Shown here piece by piece: positions 7,132 through 15,332 of a stretch of DNA of 20,000 nucleotides. The notes under the pieces were generated by a model, which was given only the letters and a program-made list of their open reading frames with translations, ran no database searches and was not told the origin of the DNA. Positions within the stretch are counted from its first letter, which is position 1. Every line of letters starts with the position of its first letter. A program made the translations under genes and the position numbers. Origin of the DNA: an uncultured virus (IMG/VR IMGVR_UViG_3300035183_001077) (Duplodnaviria > Heunggongvirae > Uroviricota > Caudoviricetes); the IMG/VR virus record IMGVR_UViG_3300035183_001077, one strand, 5' to 3'.

Positions 7132-8841
7132 TCATGGTATTGTGTTAATATAGGAAGGATCTACCCATAGCGGATGGAAACCATAATAAGGAAATGATGA
7201 AACGATCCAGTCTTTCACTTCTTCATATCCTCGTACATGAGACAATGAAAAAGTTACTCCGGCCTTCTTTTCATTAATATCATACTCCAGCTCTACGGCA
7301 GTAATTTGTCCAATCATAGCCAGTTTATCTTGGTAATCATCTTTACGAAGAAAATTATATCCAAGTACTTTGGCTATTGTACCAGGACCTGGCATCATAC
7401 CATAATATTTAATTGCATTAATAATTGGCATTACCACAATCATACGCCGTGTCTCATAAGCTAATTTGTGAAATGTCGATCCAGCAATCAACGTACCAAG
7501 TTTTGTCATATTCATATAGTAGAGAGTTGTCCAATATTGCATAAGAACATTTGTCCATGCAGTCATCCAGTTCTGGACATAATTCAATTGAAACGTATTT
7601 AACCATTGCTGTACATTCTGTACATATAAATCAGTCAGAGAAGACCCTTTCATCCACGCTGGAGCTGGAATAACCAGCAACGAACCTGACATAAAGTTAT
7701 TAAAATAATTAGGAAAATTAAACCATGCAACATCATAATAACCAGCAATTGCTGTTTCCTTAGCTAATAACATTCCTGTATGTGGTAATTGACTTTCAGC
7801 AACAAGCACTACTCCACGCACATCCTGACGCACTTCGCCAGAAACTTTCATATAAATATAATCCCGCGGACTGAAAGTAAATTGATAATACGGACTTATT
7901 GGATTGTTTGGTATAATGTAAGCATCAGCACTATAACTTGGAGCAATTAAAAAGTCCCAGGTAGCACCAAGATCAAGCAATCTGGCAAACAGTGTAGCGT
8001 TAGTCCACGAAGTAACGTCTGTTCCAACAAGAGATTGAGCTAGAACTTCAGCATAGCCATACCCATATGTCCACATAAATCGTTTAGCATCATTATTCAT
8101 CTGTAAAATGAATATCATTCTGCCAAGAGAACTAGCTGCTCGTCCTTGACCAATAAACGGCAGTACTGGTTTCCCAGTATATTGAGTCAACTTTAACGCA
8201 GCATAATTAGTCAATAGACTCGAACCAAGAAGTACAAAAAGATAAGATTGAACTACCCCACCAAAATTAAAAAGCGAAAAATAAGTTCCAGGCAACATCT
8301 TTCGCAGTAAATCATATGATGTAACAGGAAGCTGCATAGTTAAAATTTGTTGAAATGTCGGTACACCCAGAAATAAATTAGCATTAGAAAAATCAGCAGG
8401 ACTTGAAGGATGAATCATACCTGTAGTAACACTGCCAAATCCAGCCTCAATTAACCTGCCTACTACATGAAATTCAACAAGAACTTCTTCATGAGTGAAC
8501 GAAGCATTAGCCGAATAAACATACCCTTGAAAAACTGGAATAGAACCAGCACCTCCACCCATCAAAGCTACTTGTAAGGTAATAGCGCATGGATTTAATT
8601 TTAATAAATGCTTCCAGGCTAATGGCCAATTTGGTGATACGGCGAAATCATCAATAATTGAAGGAATGCTTCTGGTAGCATGACATAAAATGGCTAATGG
8701 AGTAGAAAAAGTAGCTTTAGGAACATCATTTAATTTATATTCTATTTTACAATTACGTATTGGCAAATTTAATACTAAATTAGCCGGTGGGATAGTAATA
8801 GTTGCTGTCATCTGATATTTAACGACTACAGTTGTAGGCAT
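7132..8841 (-). CDS. Putative baseplate hub protein (T4 gp27 / P2 gpD / Mu gp44-like)
   Basis: N-terminal beta-strand pattern (CKIEYKLNDVPKATF...VFQGYV), C-terminal PGPGTIAKV...GQITAVELEY...TFSLSHVR pattern typical of hub proteins, and position after tail genes. Inferred, not database-confirmed. Confidence 0.5.
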   Translation of the reverse strand: MPTTVVVKYQMTATITIPPANLVLNLPIRNCKIEYKLNDVPKATFSTPLAILCHATRSIPSIIDDFAVSPNWPLAWKHLLKLNPCAITLQVALMGGGAGSIPVFQGYVYSANASFTHEEVLVEFHVVGRLIEAGFGSVTTGMIHPSSPADFSNANLFLGVPTFQQILTMQLPVTSYDLLRKMLPGTYFSLFNFGGVVQSYLFVLLGSSLLTNYAALKLTQYTGKPVLPFIGQGRAASSLGRMIFILQMNNDAKRFMWTYGYGYAEVLAQSLVGTDVTSWTNATLFARLLDLGATWDFLIAPSYSADAYIIPNNPISPYYQFTFSPRDYIYMKVSGEVRQDVRGVVLVAESQLPHTGMLLAKETAIAGYYDVAWFNFPNYFNNFMSGSLLVIPAPAWMKGSSLTDLYVQNVQQWLNTFQLNYVQNWMTAWTNVLMQYWTTLYYMNMTKLGTLIAGSTFHKLAYETRRMIVVMPIINAIKYYGMMPGPGTIAKVLGYNFLRKDDYQDKLAMIGQITAVELEYDINEKKAGVTFSLSHVRGYEEVKDWIVSSFPYYGFHPLWVDPSYINTIP

Positions 8842-8848
8842 GTTTTTA

Positions 8849-9400
8849 TTACCACGCTTGCCCTACATATGCTGGTAAAATAATGCCACAGGAAAAATTA
8901 ACATAAGGAATGTTATCTATTGCATTAGAAGACATTTTAAATTCAACCATCATTCCAAGCAAATTAACTATTTCAAACGTACATCCACTAGAATCACATC
9001 TTGCCAGACCAAACTTTAAATTCAAAAAATTATTGCTAGAAAATGCATTTCTAGATTGAACGTAATCTTTTAATAATGATATGAAATGCGAACCGCCTGT
9101 ACCACCAACTACGCCTGGGGCGAAGGATATTCCGCTCAAACTGCATTGGTGCGGCGCCAGTGTATTCATCATAAACTGGCTTGTCAAGAAAGGATAATTA
9201 TAAATTTTTACATTTGTATTGATTTGCAGCGATGCATTAAGAATTACTGTATAAAGATTATTTGCAAATAACCCGTCAACGTCCGCAATGATATAAAATC
9301 GTGTTTCATAAACAGTTTCATTAGTTGTTCCTGGAACCTGCCTTTTATAAGGTATACCAACTACTATAGCACGATAATCATATTTGATTATTTGCGACAT
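8849..9400 (-). CDS. Putative tail-tube-fold baseplate / tube-initiator protein (183 aa)
   Basis: Beta-rich, low-charge, virion-like composition; ..CSLSGISF..LLGMMVEFKM..FSCGIIL pattern; TAATG overlap with the upstream gene. Confidence 0.4.
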   Translation of the reverse strand: MSQIIKYDYRAIVVGIPYKRQVPGTTNETVYETRFYIIADVDGLFANNLYTVILNASLQINTNVKIYNYPFLTSQFMMNTLAPHQCSLSGISFAPGVVGGTGGSHFISLLKDYVQSRNAFSSNNFLNLKFGLARCDSSGCTFEIVNLLGMMVEFKMSSNAIDNIPYVNFSCGIILPAYVGQAW

Positions 9401-9939
9401 TATTTTTGCACTTTTCCAGGTAATGCTATACTAATTGTAGATAAAAGTATAGGTAAATTCCTTGATGAGGCATAAGTTAAATTCCATGATTGAATTAATC
9501 CGACAAAATCAGGTGGTGAAGTTGGCTCAGCCTGAGGAGCAAGATCTCTAACGTATACTTCTGCCAAGTACTCAATTTTTCCTTGTGTCGGATCCATTGA
9601 GCTTCTTAAAGTACTATTCAGCCACGATAACGTGCTAATTCTACCAATGGAAATACCTGTCATACCTAAAGATATTGGGTCTAGCATTCCTTGAGCAAAT
9701 AGCAGCCCAGTTATTCCAAGAATGGCCGGCCCAGGTTCAAAAATAGAAATATAAGAATCTCCCCAGACACTCATGGCAAGAGCATAATTAGTTTGATTGT
9801 GAAAATTCAAACCGGCTCCGAAAAGGAAAATTTCGTTTTTGCTGAGTGTAGAATCTTTGATAGTTAACCATACTTTCACATTTCTGGCTCTAAAAGTATG
9901 AACAGTGTAAATTTTATTGTGATACGTCAGCACCTGCAT
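9400..9939 (-). CDS. Putative tail-tube-fold baseplate / tube-initiator protein (179 aa)
   Basis: Same size and pattern as its neighbour (..LGITGLLF..FVGLIQSWNL..STISIAL); lies between the chaperone genes and the hub. Confidence 0.4.
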   Translation of the reverse strand: MQVLTYHNKIYTVHTFRARNVKVWLTIKDSTLSKNEIFLFGAGLNFHNQTNYALAMSVWGDSYISIFEPGPAILGITGLLFAQGMLDPISLGMTGISIGRISTLSWLNSTLRSSMDPTQGKIEYLAEVYVRDLAPQAEPTSPPDFVGLIQSWNLTYASSRNLPILLSTISIALPGKVQK

Positions 9940-9941
9940 AA

Positions 9942-10250
9942 TTATCCAAAACTAAAGTTAGTAATACCAGGTATTTTCAGGCTTGAAGGCGCACTTATAC
10001 CAGTGCCACTGTTTCCAAAACCGGTACCGCCTAAATTGATATTTCCAACATTAATTGGTGGCAGGTTTATGGTTGGAGAACCACCTGAATTGAAGGAATT
10101 ACCAAATGTAGAAGAAACGTTCACTGGTGGTGGAGACAGACTAGCAGAATCAAAAATAGGTCTCAAACCATTGTTATGGTTAAAAGCGTTCGCTGATATA
10201 GCTTCCTCATTACCAGCAACACCTTTAATAAAGTCATTTATTTCCAGCAT
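9942..10250 (-). CDS. Gly/Ser/Pro/Asn-rich low-complexity protein (102 aa) in the tape-measure position
   Basis: AAAGGAG SD 6 nt before the ATG; tightly packed between its neighbours. Confidence 0.7.
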   Translation of the reverse strand: MLEINDFIKGVAGNEEAISANAFNHNNGLRPIFDSASLSPPPVNVSSTFGNSFNSGGSPTINLPPINVGNINLGGTGFGNSGTGISAPSSLKIPGITNFSFG

Positions 10251-10587
10251 GTGTTGCTCCTTTTAATAATGAATTATAAATTTTGATCATCTCCTGCATT
10301 CTATCATATGACGATGTAAATAGTTTTCGGTTAAGCATGAATAATGAAACATAATTCAAATTATTACATATTTGGTCAATAATATTAGAAACTCTAGATG
10401 TATCCATAGCATGAGAAGCCAAAGCATCTCCCATAGTCTTAATTGCAACGAGTCTAAGTTCAATCAAATACTTTGTTTTCAGGTATCTCTTAATAAATAT
10501 AAACTTTTTGTCTTTACTGCTTAATAACTCTAACTGTGTGGACCTCAAAAAACAATTAATCAACTCATGGCAGATTGGTGTGAAATA
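10234..10587 (-). CDS. -1 frame extension (lambda gpT-like moiety) of the tail assembly chaperone
   Basis: The listed 109-aa ORF has only a TTG start with no convincing SD. Its frame is open upstream exactly to the slippery run at 10596-10587, where a TGA closes it. Confidence 0.7.
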   Translation of the reverse strand, partial: YFTPICHELINCFLRSTQLELLSSKDKKFIFIKRYLKTKYLIELRLVAIKTMGDALASHAMDTSRVSNIIDQICNNLNYVSLFMLNRKLFTSSYDRMQEMIKIYNSLLKGATHAGNK

Positions 10588-11138
10588 AAAAAATTTTCAG
10601 ATGTTATCTCCTTCCTTAATTTTTCCTCTAAAGTAACAAACGATTCATACAAATGACATATAATACGCCACGCATTCTCTGATTTTATTATTGATTTCTT
10701 CAACCATACAGGATTTATCAGACCAGCCTCTTCTGCTTCCTTTGTCAAAAGAAGCTTATCGTATTTAACAAAATCGCCATTTTTAATTAATATTAACGAC
10801 TGGGCAGCTCTCCATGTCAAAATTTCATTTTTGACAATTATTTCAGGCATATTTTTACAATTTTCGGCAACATATTTATAAATAGCATCAGCTGTTTCCG
10901 CAGGAATAGAACGAAAACGTACTTCAATTGTGCCCTTATTTATAAAATAGCTCTTTTCAAATGGAGTGTCATATAATATATTTTTTACCATTGTTTCAAT
11001 ATCTTCATCAGAAAATTCAGATTCTTTAATTACTTCGGGAATATTTGGCGGTGAAGTAGAGCTTAATTTCTGCAATTCAGAAAGTGTATCTGTGTTATCT
11101 GACACGTCATTAGTGTTCAAATTAGACAGCACGGGCAT
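10560..11138 (-). CDS. Putative tail assembly chaperone (lambda gpG-like role), 192 aa
   Basis: Strong GGAGGTG SD; acidic N-terminus, IEVRFRSI strand then helical region; ends with ENFF on a slippery sequence, as expected for G/GT-type chaperones. Confidence 0.65.
   Translation of the reverse strand: MPVLSNLNTNDVSDNTDTLSELQKLSSTSPPNIPEVIKESEFSDEDIETMVKNILYDTPFEKSYFINKGTIEVRFRSIPAETADAIYKYVAENCKNMPEIIVKNEILTWRAAQSLILIKNGDFVKYDKLLLTKEAEEAGLINPVWLKKSIIKSENAWRIICHLYESFVTLEEKLRKEITSENFFISHQSAMS
10587..10613 (-). promoter_or_regulatory. Programmed -1 ribosomal frameshift signal
   Basis: Minus strand AAGGAG-ATAACATCTGA-A AAT TTT TTT: two overlapping X-XXY-YYZ heptamers (A-AAT-TTT, T-TTT-TTT) in the correct phase, with an internal SD-like AAGGAG 11 nt upstream. 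Confidence 0.75.
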
Positions 11139-11158
11139 AATTCACCTCCAAATTAATT

Positions 11159-12937
11159 TTACACACACGGCTCCTGACTACCAATAGATTTTTGTTTAAA
11201 GTTATGCTGTACCTGTTGACAATTATTACTAACGCTGGAAATATAAGTTCCATAACTAGGAATATTTTCCGGATAAATTAAAATATCGTTTTTAGATTCT
11301 CCAGTAGGAATACAGTGGTTAGGGGCCTCTACTCCAGCTGGCATAATACCCACACTTCTTTCTACAATAATAACTGGAAAGCCGTATGGACAGCTGCACC
11401 CAGGAGGAGTAACCTGATCTGATTGCACTTCTACGTCAGCCTCATCAGCAAAAGTATCAGCAACAATCAGGTCTGCCACAATATTTTCGGCGAGAATACC
11501 TTTTATTTCAGCAAATTCTGCTTGTAAAGGTAACGAAGCAATAACCTTATCTCCCATAACAGTAATTCCTGGTAAACCATCTATTAATAATCTTATTTGC
11601 GATCCGGAACATAAATCCATCGTATATTGTGAATAAACTTGCAGATTCGGCGCTGCCCTGATACCAACACCTTTTGTAGAGCTACTTATTGCAACACCAT
11701 TTCCACGCAAAATAATATCATCGCTTATACCAACTATATTGGTTGGAGCGAACATTTTGATACTGGAAGTTAATGAATTTAATACTATTCCACCAGTATT
11801 GTCAATCGCAATATAGCTTCCATTCGAGCTGACCAGTGCTATACTTCCATCATCGGCAATATAAAAATAACTTCCCATAATATTTCCACTAGTGGCAACC
11901 GCGAATTCCCCGGAGTGGGCTATAAATCGTTCAAAAGCCAGGGCCTGGGCTCTTCCAATAAAAAATTCTGGGTAGAGTGCTTTAGAATACTGTACAGAAT
12001 AGGACATGAAATTGGAAGCACATACACCTTTATTACAGGCGTTATACCTATATCCAGTAAGATGGCTGACTGCTCCAACCTGATAAGGCATTCCAGTTCT
12101 AACAACAGAATTCAGCGATGATGTTACTCCCAGCAATATACCACGAGTAGTTAACAGGTGATATGTGCCCGGTAATCCAATATTTTCAAATACGGCTGCA
12201 CCACCACCTATTACAAGCATTCTCGTATGACCTTCATTAGCCAATGATCCTTTAAATTCAACAAAACCGGAGCAATTACCACTCAAGTCGCCTTTAGATA
12301 CTTCTACATGGTAATTTTCCTGCTGATGAGCATAACAGGCAAAATGGTAAAACGGTGTAGTAAAATCCAACCTAGAACCAGCTAATTTTAAAGTTTGATC
12401 AAAAAATGAATATGACAAATGGGTAGAGGCATCACCAAGATGAGAATAAAATGGACTGAACAAAAACCTATTCCCAGTAAAAGACGCAAGAGCATAATCT
12501 CCTGGCATTAAACCTGTTAACTGACTGGCAAATCCGGTCTTCTGAAAGTACCTGTAACCGTCAATAGCTGCTTGATCAGAAGCCAACGGAAATTCTCTAT
12601 CGGTTGAAATATCAACAGGGTAAGTGAACGCCGTAGAAGGCCATCTTTCAGTTGGTAACGTTCCTATAATATAAGCATCATTCTTTTTTACAGCTACAAT
12701 AACCCTAGTTCCAGGAACAAGAGGTTCATACACATCTACCCCGAACATGCCAACATTAGCACAAGCCGAACCTCGACAATCTATTGCAAGCCTTACCGGC
12801 CCAGCGCCCGATACTCTGGCTACGCGTGTTGGTACATTGTAATCAATAACAATACCTACACACAATACAGCATCCTGTACCAAACGCGGTACCTGTTGCT
12901 GTCTTTCATGAAAGTCGTGGTTAGCAAGCTGAGGCAT
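11159..12937 (-). CDS. Putative baseplate central spike (gp5/gpV/VgrG-like), 592 aa
   Basis: N-terminal OB-fold-type motif PGTRVIVAVKKNDAYIIGTLP. Later short beta-strand repeats (YFYIADDGSIALVSSNGSYIAIDNTGGIVLNS...) typical of triple beta-helix spikes. Confidence 0.6.
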   Translation of the reverse strand: MPQLANHDFHERQQQVPRLVQDAVLCVGIVIDYNVPTRVARVSGAGPVRLAIDCRGSACANVGMFGVDVYEPLVPGTRVIVAVKKNDAYIIGTLPTERWPSTAFTYPVDISTDREFPLASDQAAIDGYRYFQKTGFASQLTGLMPGDYALASFTGNRFLFSPFYSHLGDASTHLSYSFFDQTLKLAGSRLDFTTPFYHFACYAHQQENYHVEVSKGDLSGNCSGFVEFKGSLANEGHTRMLVIGGGAAVFENIGLPGTYHLLTTRGILLGVTSSLNSVVRTGMPYQVGAVSHLTGYRYNACNKGVCASNFMSYSVQYSKALYPEFFIGRAQALAFERFIAHSGEFAVATSGNIMGSYFYIADDGSIALVSSNGSYIAIDNTGGIVLNSLTSSIKMFAPTNIVGISDDIILRGNGVAISSSTKGVGIRAAPNLQVYSQYTMDLCSGSQIRLLIDGLPGITVMGDKVIASLPLQAEFAEIKGILAENIVADLIVADTFADEADVEVQSDQVTPPGCSCPYGFPVIIVERSVGIMPAGVEAPNHCIPTGESKNDILIYPENIPSYGTYISSVSNNCQQVQHNFKQKSIGSQEPCV

Positions 12938-12943
12938 AGGATC

Positions 12944-13393
12944 TTAGGTCTCAGAGAAGTTCAATCTGAAAAATAAAAATATCAAAGTTCTTAAAAATAC
13001 GAAATTCCCAGAATCAAATTTTAATTGGGCTTCTATTGGATAAACATCCATTAAAGTTATTCCAGAAGACTTTTGAATGCCGCTACCTCCATCAGAACAA
13101 TTATAAACTTCTAAAGTCATATTTGTTCCGTTTACAGTAGGGTTTAATAAATTTTGAAACGCTGATTTTTCAACCATAGCCTCCACAAAACTAGCTTTGC
13201 CAACAGGTTCTTTAAAAATAAACATTGGATTAGTCGTATTTGCCGGAACAATTACTTCGGGTTGAATACCATAAGCTACTTCACAATAATGGAAGAAAAA
13301 TTCACTGCTATCAACGCCACCTCCTTGGAAATGAACGTAGGTAACTCCTGGACCGACTATTATTGTTTTAGTGGTATCAATTATATTTGGCAT
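12944..13393 (-). CDS. Putative tail-tube-like protein, paralogue 3 (149 aa)
   Basis: Tube-like size and beta-rich composition; C-terminal ITLMDVYP...FDSGNFVF motif shared with the two upstream genes. Confidence 0.5.
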   Translation of the reverse strand: MPNIIDTTKTIIVGPGVTYVHFQGGGVDSSEFFFHYCEVAYGIQPEVIVPANTTNPMFIFKEPVGKASFVEAMVEKSAFQNLLNPTVNGTNMTLEVYNCSDGGSGIQKSSGITLMDVYPIEAQLKFDSGNFVFLRTLIFLFFRLNFSET

Positions 13394-13421
13394 ACATTAT
13401 TATATATGTTAATCAACAACA

Positions 13422-14003
13422 TCAATTATTAGTAATATCAGTAATATCAATTTTAAGAAAAGCATATGTGGCATGATTTACAAAGATAAAGTTATCAGCA
13501 GAAATTTGCCCACCAGCACCAATGGGTGTGCAATGAATCAATTTAATAAGTTTTTTATTAAAAGCTCCGGCTGAGTTAGACAAAGGGAAAGATATTTTCA
13601 AAGTTGGAGAAGCGCTTTCAGTAACAGTATTCGGAGCCTGTAATTGCAACGATGATTTTTTACATAACGTCTGAGTACCAATATTAGTACCCACAGAACT
13701 ATATGGTACAGCCAACCATGCAATTCTGGCAATACCAACGTTGGGCAGGGAAATAATAACTTGATTTTTCTTATTTGGAATAGTATTAGCACTGCTGTTA
13801 ATATCGGACAATGTTAGAGCGGTAAGAAAATTCATAAGTTGTGCTTGTGTTTGCCATATTAGTTCTACTCTGGCTATAAGTTGAGATCCTGGAAATAGAT
13901 AGTTGGCAGCAGCTGGACCCTGGTTAGCATTAACAAATTCAACATAAACTCCTTGCAATTCAACACCAGTAGTTCCTTTTAGTGTTAATAGCTCAGTAGG
14001 CAT
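13422..14003 (-). CDS. Putative tail-tube-like protein, paralogue 2 (193 aa)
   Basis: C-terminal IKLIHCTP...ISADNFIF motif matches both neighbours. Confidence 0.45.
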   Translation of the reverse strand: MPTELLTLKGTTGVELQGVYVEFVNANQGPAAANYLFPGSQLIARVELIWQTQAQLMNFLTALTLSDINSSANTIPNKKNQVIISLPNVGIARIAWLAVPYSSVGTNIGTQTLCKKSSLQLQAPNTVTESASPTLKISFPLSNSAGAFNKKLIKLIHCTPIGAGGQISADNFIFVNHATYAFLKIDITDITNN

Positions 14004-14006
14004 TTT

Positions 14007-14456
14007 CTATGCTCCGTAATTGGCAAAAGCAAACTTCATTTCCTGAATAAAAACAAAATTGGAGCTATCAATATAACCTGACGATTGTACAATAAAAGCG
14101 TTTTCAAAATTTATTGTTACTGATGATCCATTGCAGGAAAAAGAAACACTGACTGCTCCACCACCACCACACGGGTTTCCTCTTCGGAAACCTGCTTCTA
14201 TTGCATTAATAGCTGAAACATATTCGTTATTATCACTAGTAGGTAACAGAATTTGCATAAACTGACCTTGCCCAAGAGCTGGTAACGATAACAAAACTGC
14301 ACGTCTATCAAGACCAAAAATCGGTTGCGTTTGTCTTGTCAAATCAAAAGATACAGCCCGAACAATACCAGAAACACCCACACCAGCAATATTAAACGTT
14401 GCTGTAATCGTATCAGGATTAGCCGAGCCGATAGAATTAGGTTCTATAATTGGCAT
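14007..14456 (-). CDS. Putative tail-tube-like protein, paralogue 1 (149 aa)
   Basis: VRAVSFDLTRQTQPIFGLD (beta-hairpin loop typical of tube proteins) and C-terminal INFENAFI...IDSSNFVF. Confidence 0.55.
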   Translation of the reverse strand: MPIIEPNSIGSANPDTITATFNIAGVGVSGIVRAVSFDLTRQTQPIFGLDRRAVLLSLPALGQGQFMQILLPTSDNNEYVSAINAIEAGFRRGNPCGGGGAVSVSFSCNGSSVTINFENAFIVQSSGYIDSSNFVFIQEMKFAFANYGA

Positions 14457-14459
14457 AAG

Positions 14460-15314
14460 TTAATATATGTTGTAAACTTTGATAGATTTTCCCTGATCCG
14501 TAAGTTCTATGACCCCACAACCACACGAAGCCGTTTCAATCCCTTTAGCAACTACATAATTAGGATAGTAACCTTCTCTCACTCCTGACGACCTAATAGG
14601 CGCTAATTTATTATAATATCCAGATGTTCTAATTAAGTATACATCTTTATATTTTATGCCATCAGATTCAAATTTAATTTTGGAAGTTTTTGTTACCAGA
14701 GGTTCATGCAAATGCCCCAACCACATCACATCAACGTTTTCTAAATACATTAATAAATCAGCAAAATTTCCTATTCCCTTCGTTTTTCTCGAACCAGTAC
14801 CCCAACCATGATGGTAAAAAATATTTAAATTTCTCCTGCTTTTACCTTCTACAGAGTATTTGATAAAACCACAATAACCGCCATAACATATCTGGCTGCC
14901 AGTTTGATTATTTAATCTAAAAATTAAAGTATTCAAAATATCCAAACTTGCTCTTTTACTAAAACTTGTTTCATGGTTGCCAGTACCTATCATATCTATA
15001 TTTACAGCAAAATCTCTCAAAATATTTTCAGCCAGACGTAATTGAGCACCAACAAAATCTGAACTTTTCAGCAACCTTTTGTCCATACTTTCGATACTGA
15101 ATCTCGGATCAGTCAGCGGAACTACATCAAACAAATCACCATTTATAAGTATCCTGGCTTGCTCTTTTTTAGCCTGCTTCAGATGTGATACAAGCAGTTT
15201 CTCATTAAAGTGGGCTGAGCCGATATGTATATCACTGAAAAGATATATTTTACCGTTCGGCGGTATTGTCCTGGACTTACAGATGACTATGTTATCTGCT
15301 ATAGATTTGGGCAT
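14460..15314 (-). CDS. Calcineurin-like metallophosphoesterase
   Basis: All five motifs present: SDIHIG, NGDLFD, GNHE, HHG, GHLH. Confidence 0.92.
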   Translation of the reverse strand: MPKSIADNIVICKSRTIPPNGKIYLFSDIHIGSAHFNEKLLVSHLKQAKKEQARILINGDLFDVVPLTDPRFSIESMDKRLLKSSDFVGAQLRLAENILRDFAVNIDMIGTGNHETSFSKRASLDILNTLIFRLNNQTGSQICYGGYCGFIKYSVEGKSRRNLNIFYHHGWGTGSRKTKGIGNFADLLMYLENVDVMWLGHLHEPLVTKTSKIKFESDGIKYKDVYLIRTSGYYNKLAPIRSSGVREGYYPNYVVAKGIETASCGCGVIELTDQGKSIKVYNIY

Positions 15315-15332
15315 ATCGCGGCTAATTAATGG

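Noticed and set aside
9898..10266. Plus-strand 122-aa Pro-rich ORF
   Set aside because: Antisense shadow of the Gly-rich 102-aa gene, which has the SD and fits the operon.
7132..14456. Bacterial eCIS, T6SS or tailocin locus
   Set aside because: It is flanked by terminase, helicase, RNR and a sigma factor in the same run, which indicates a replicating phage.
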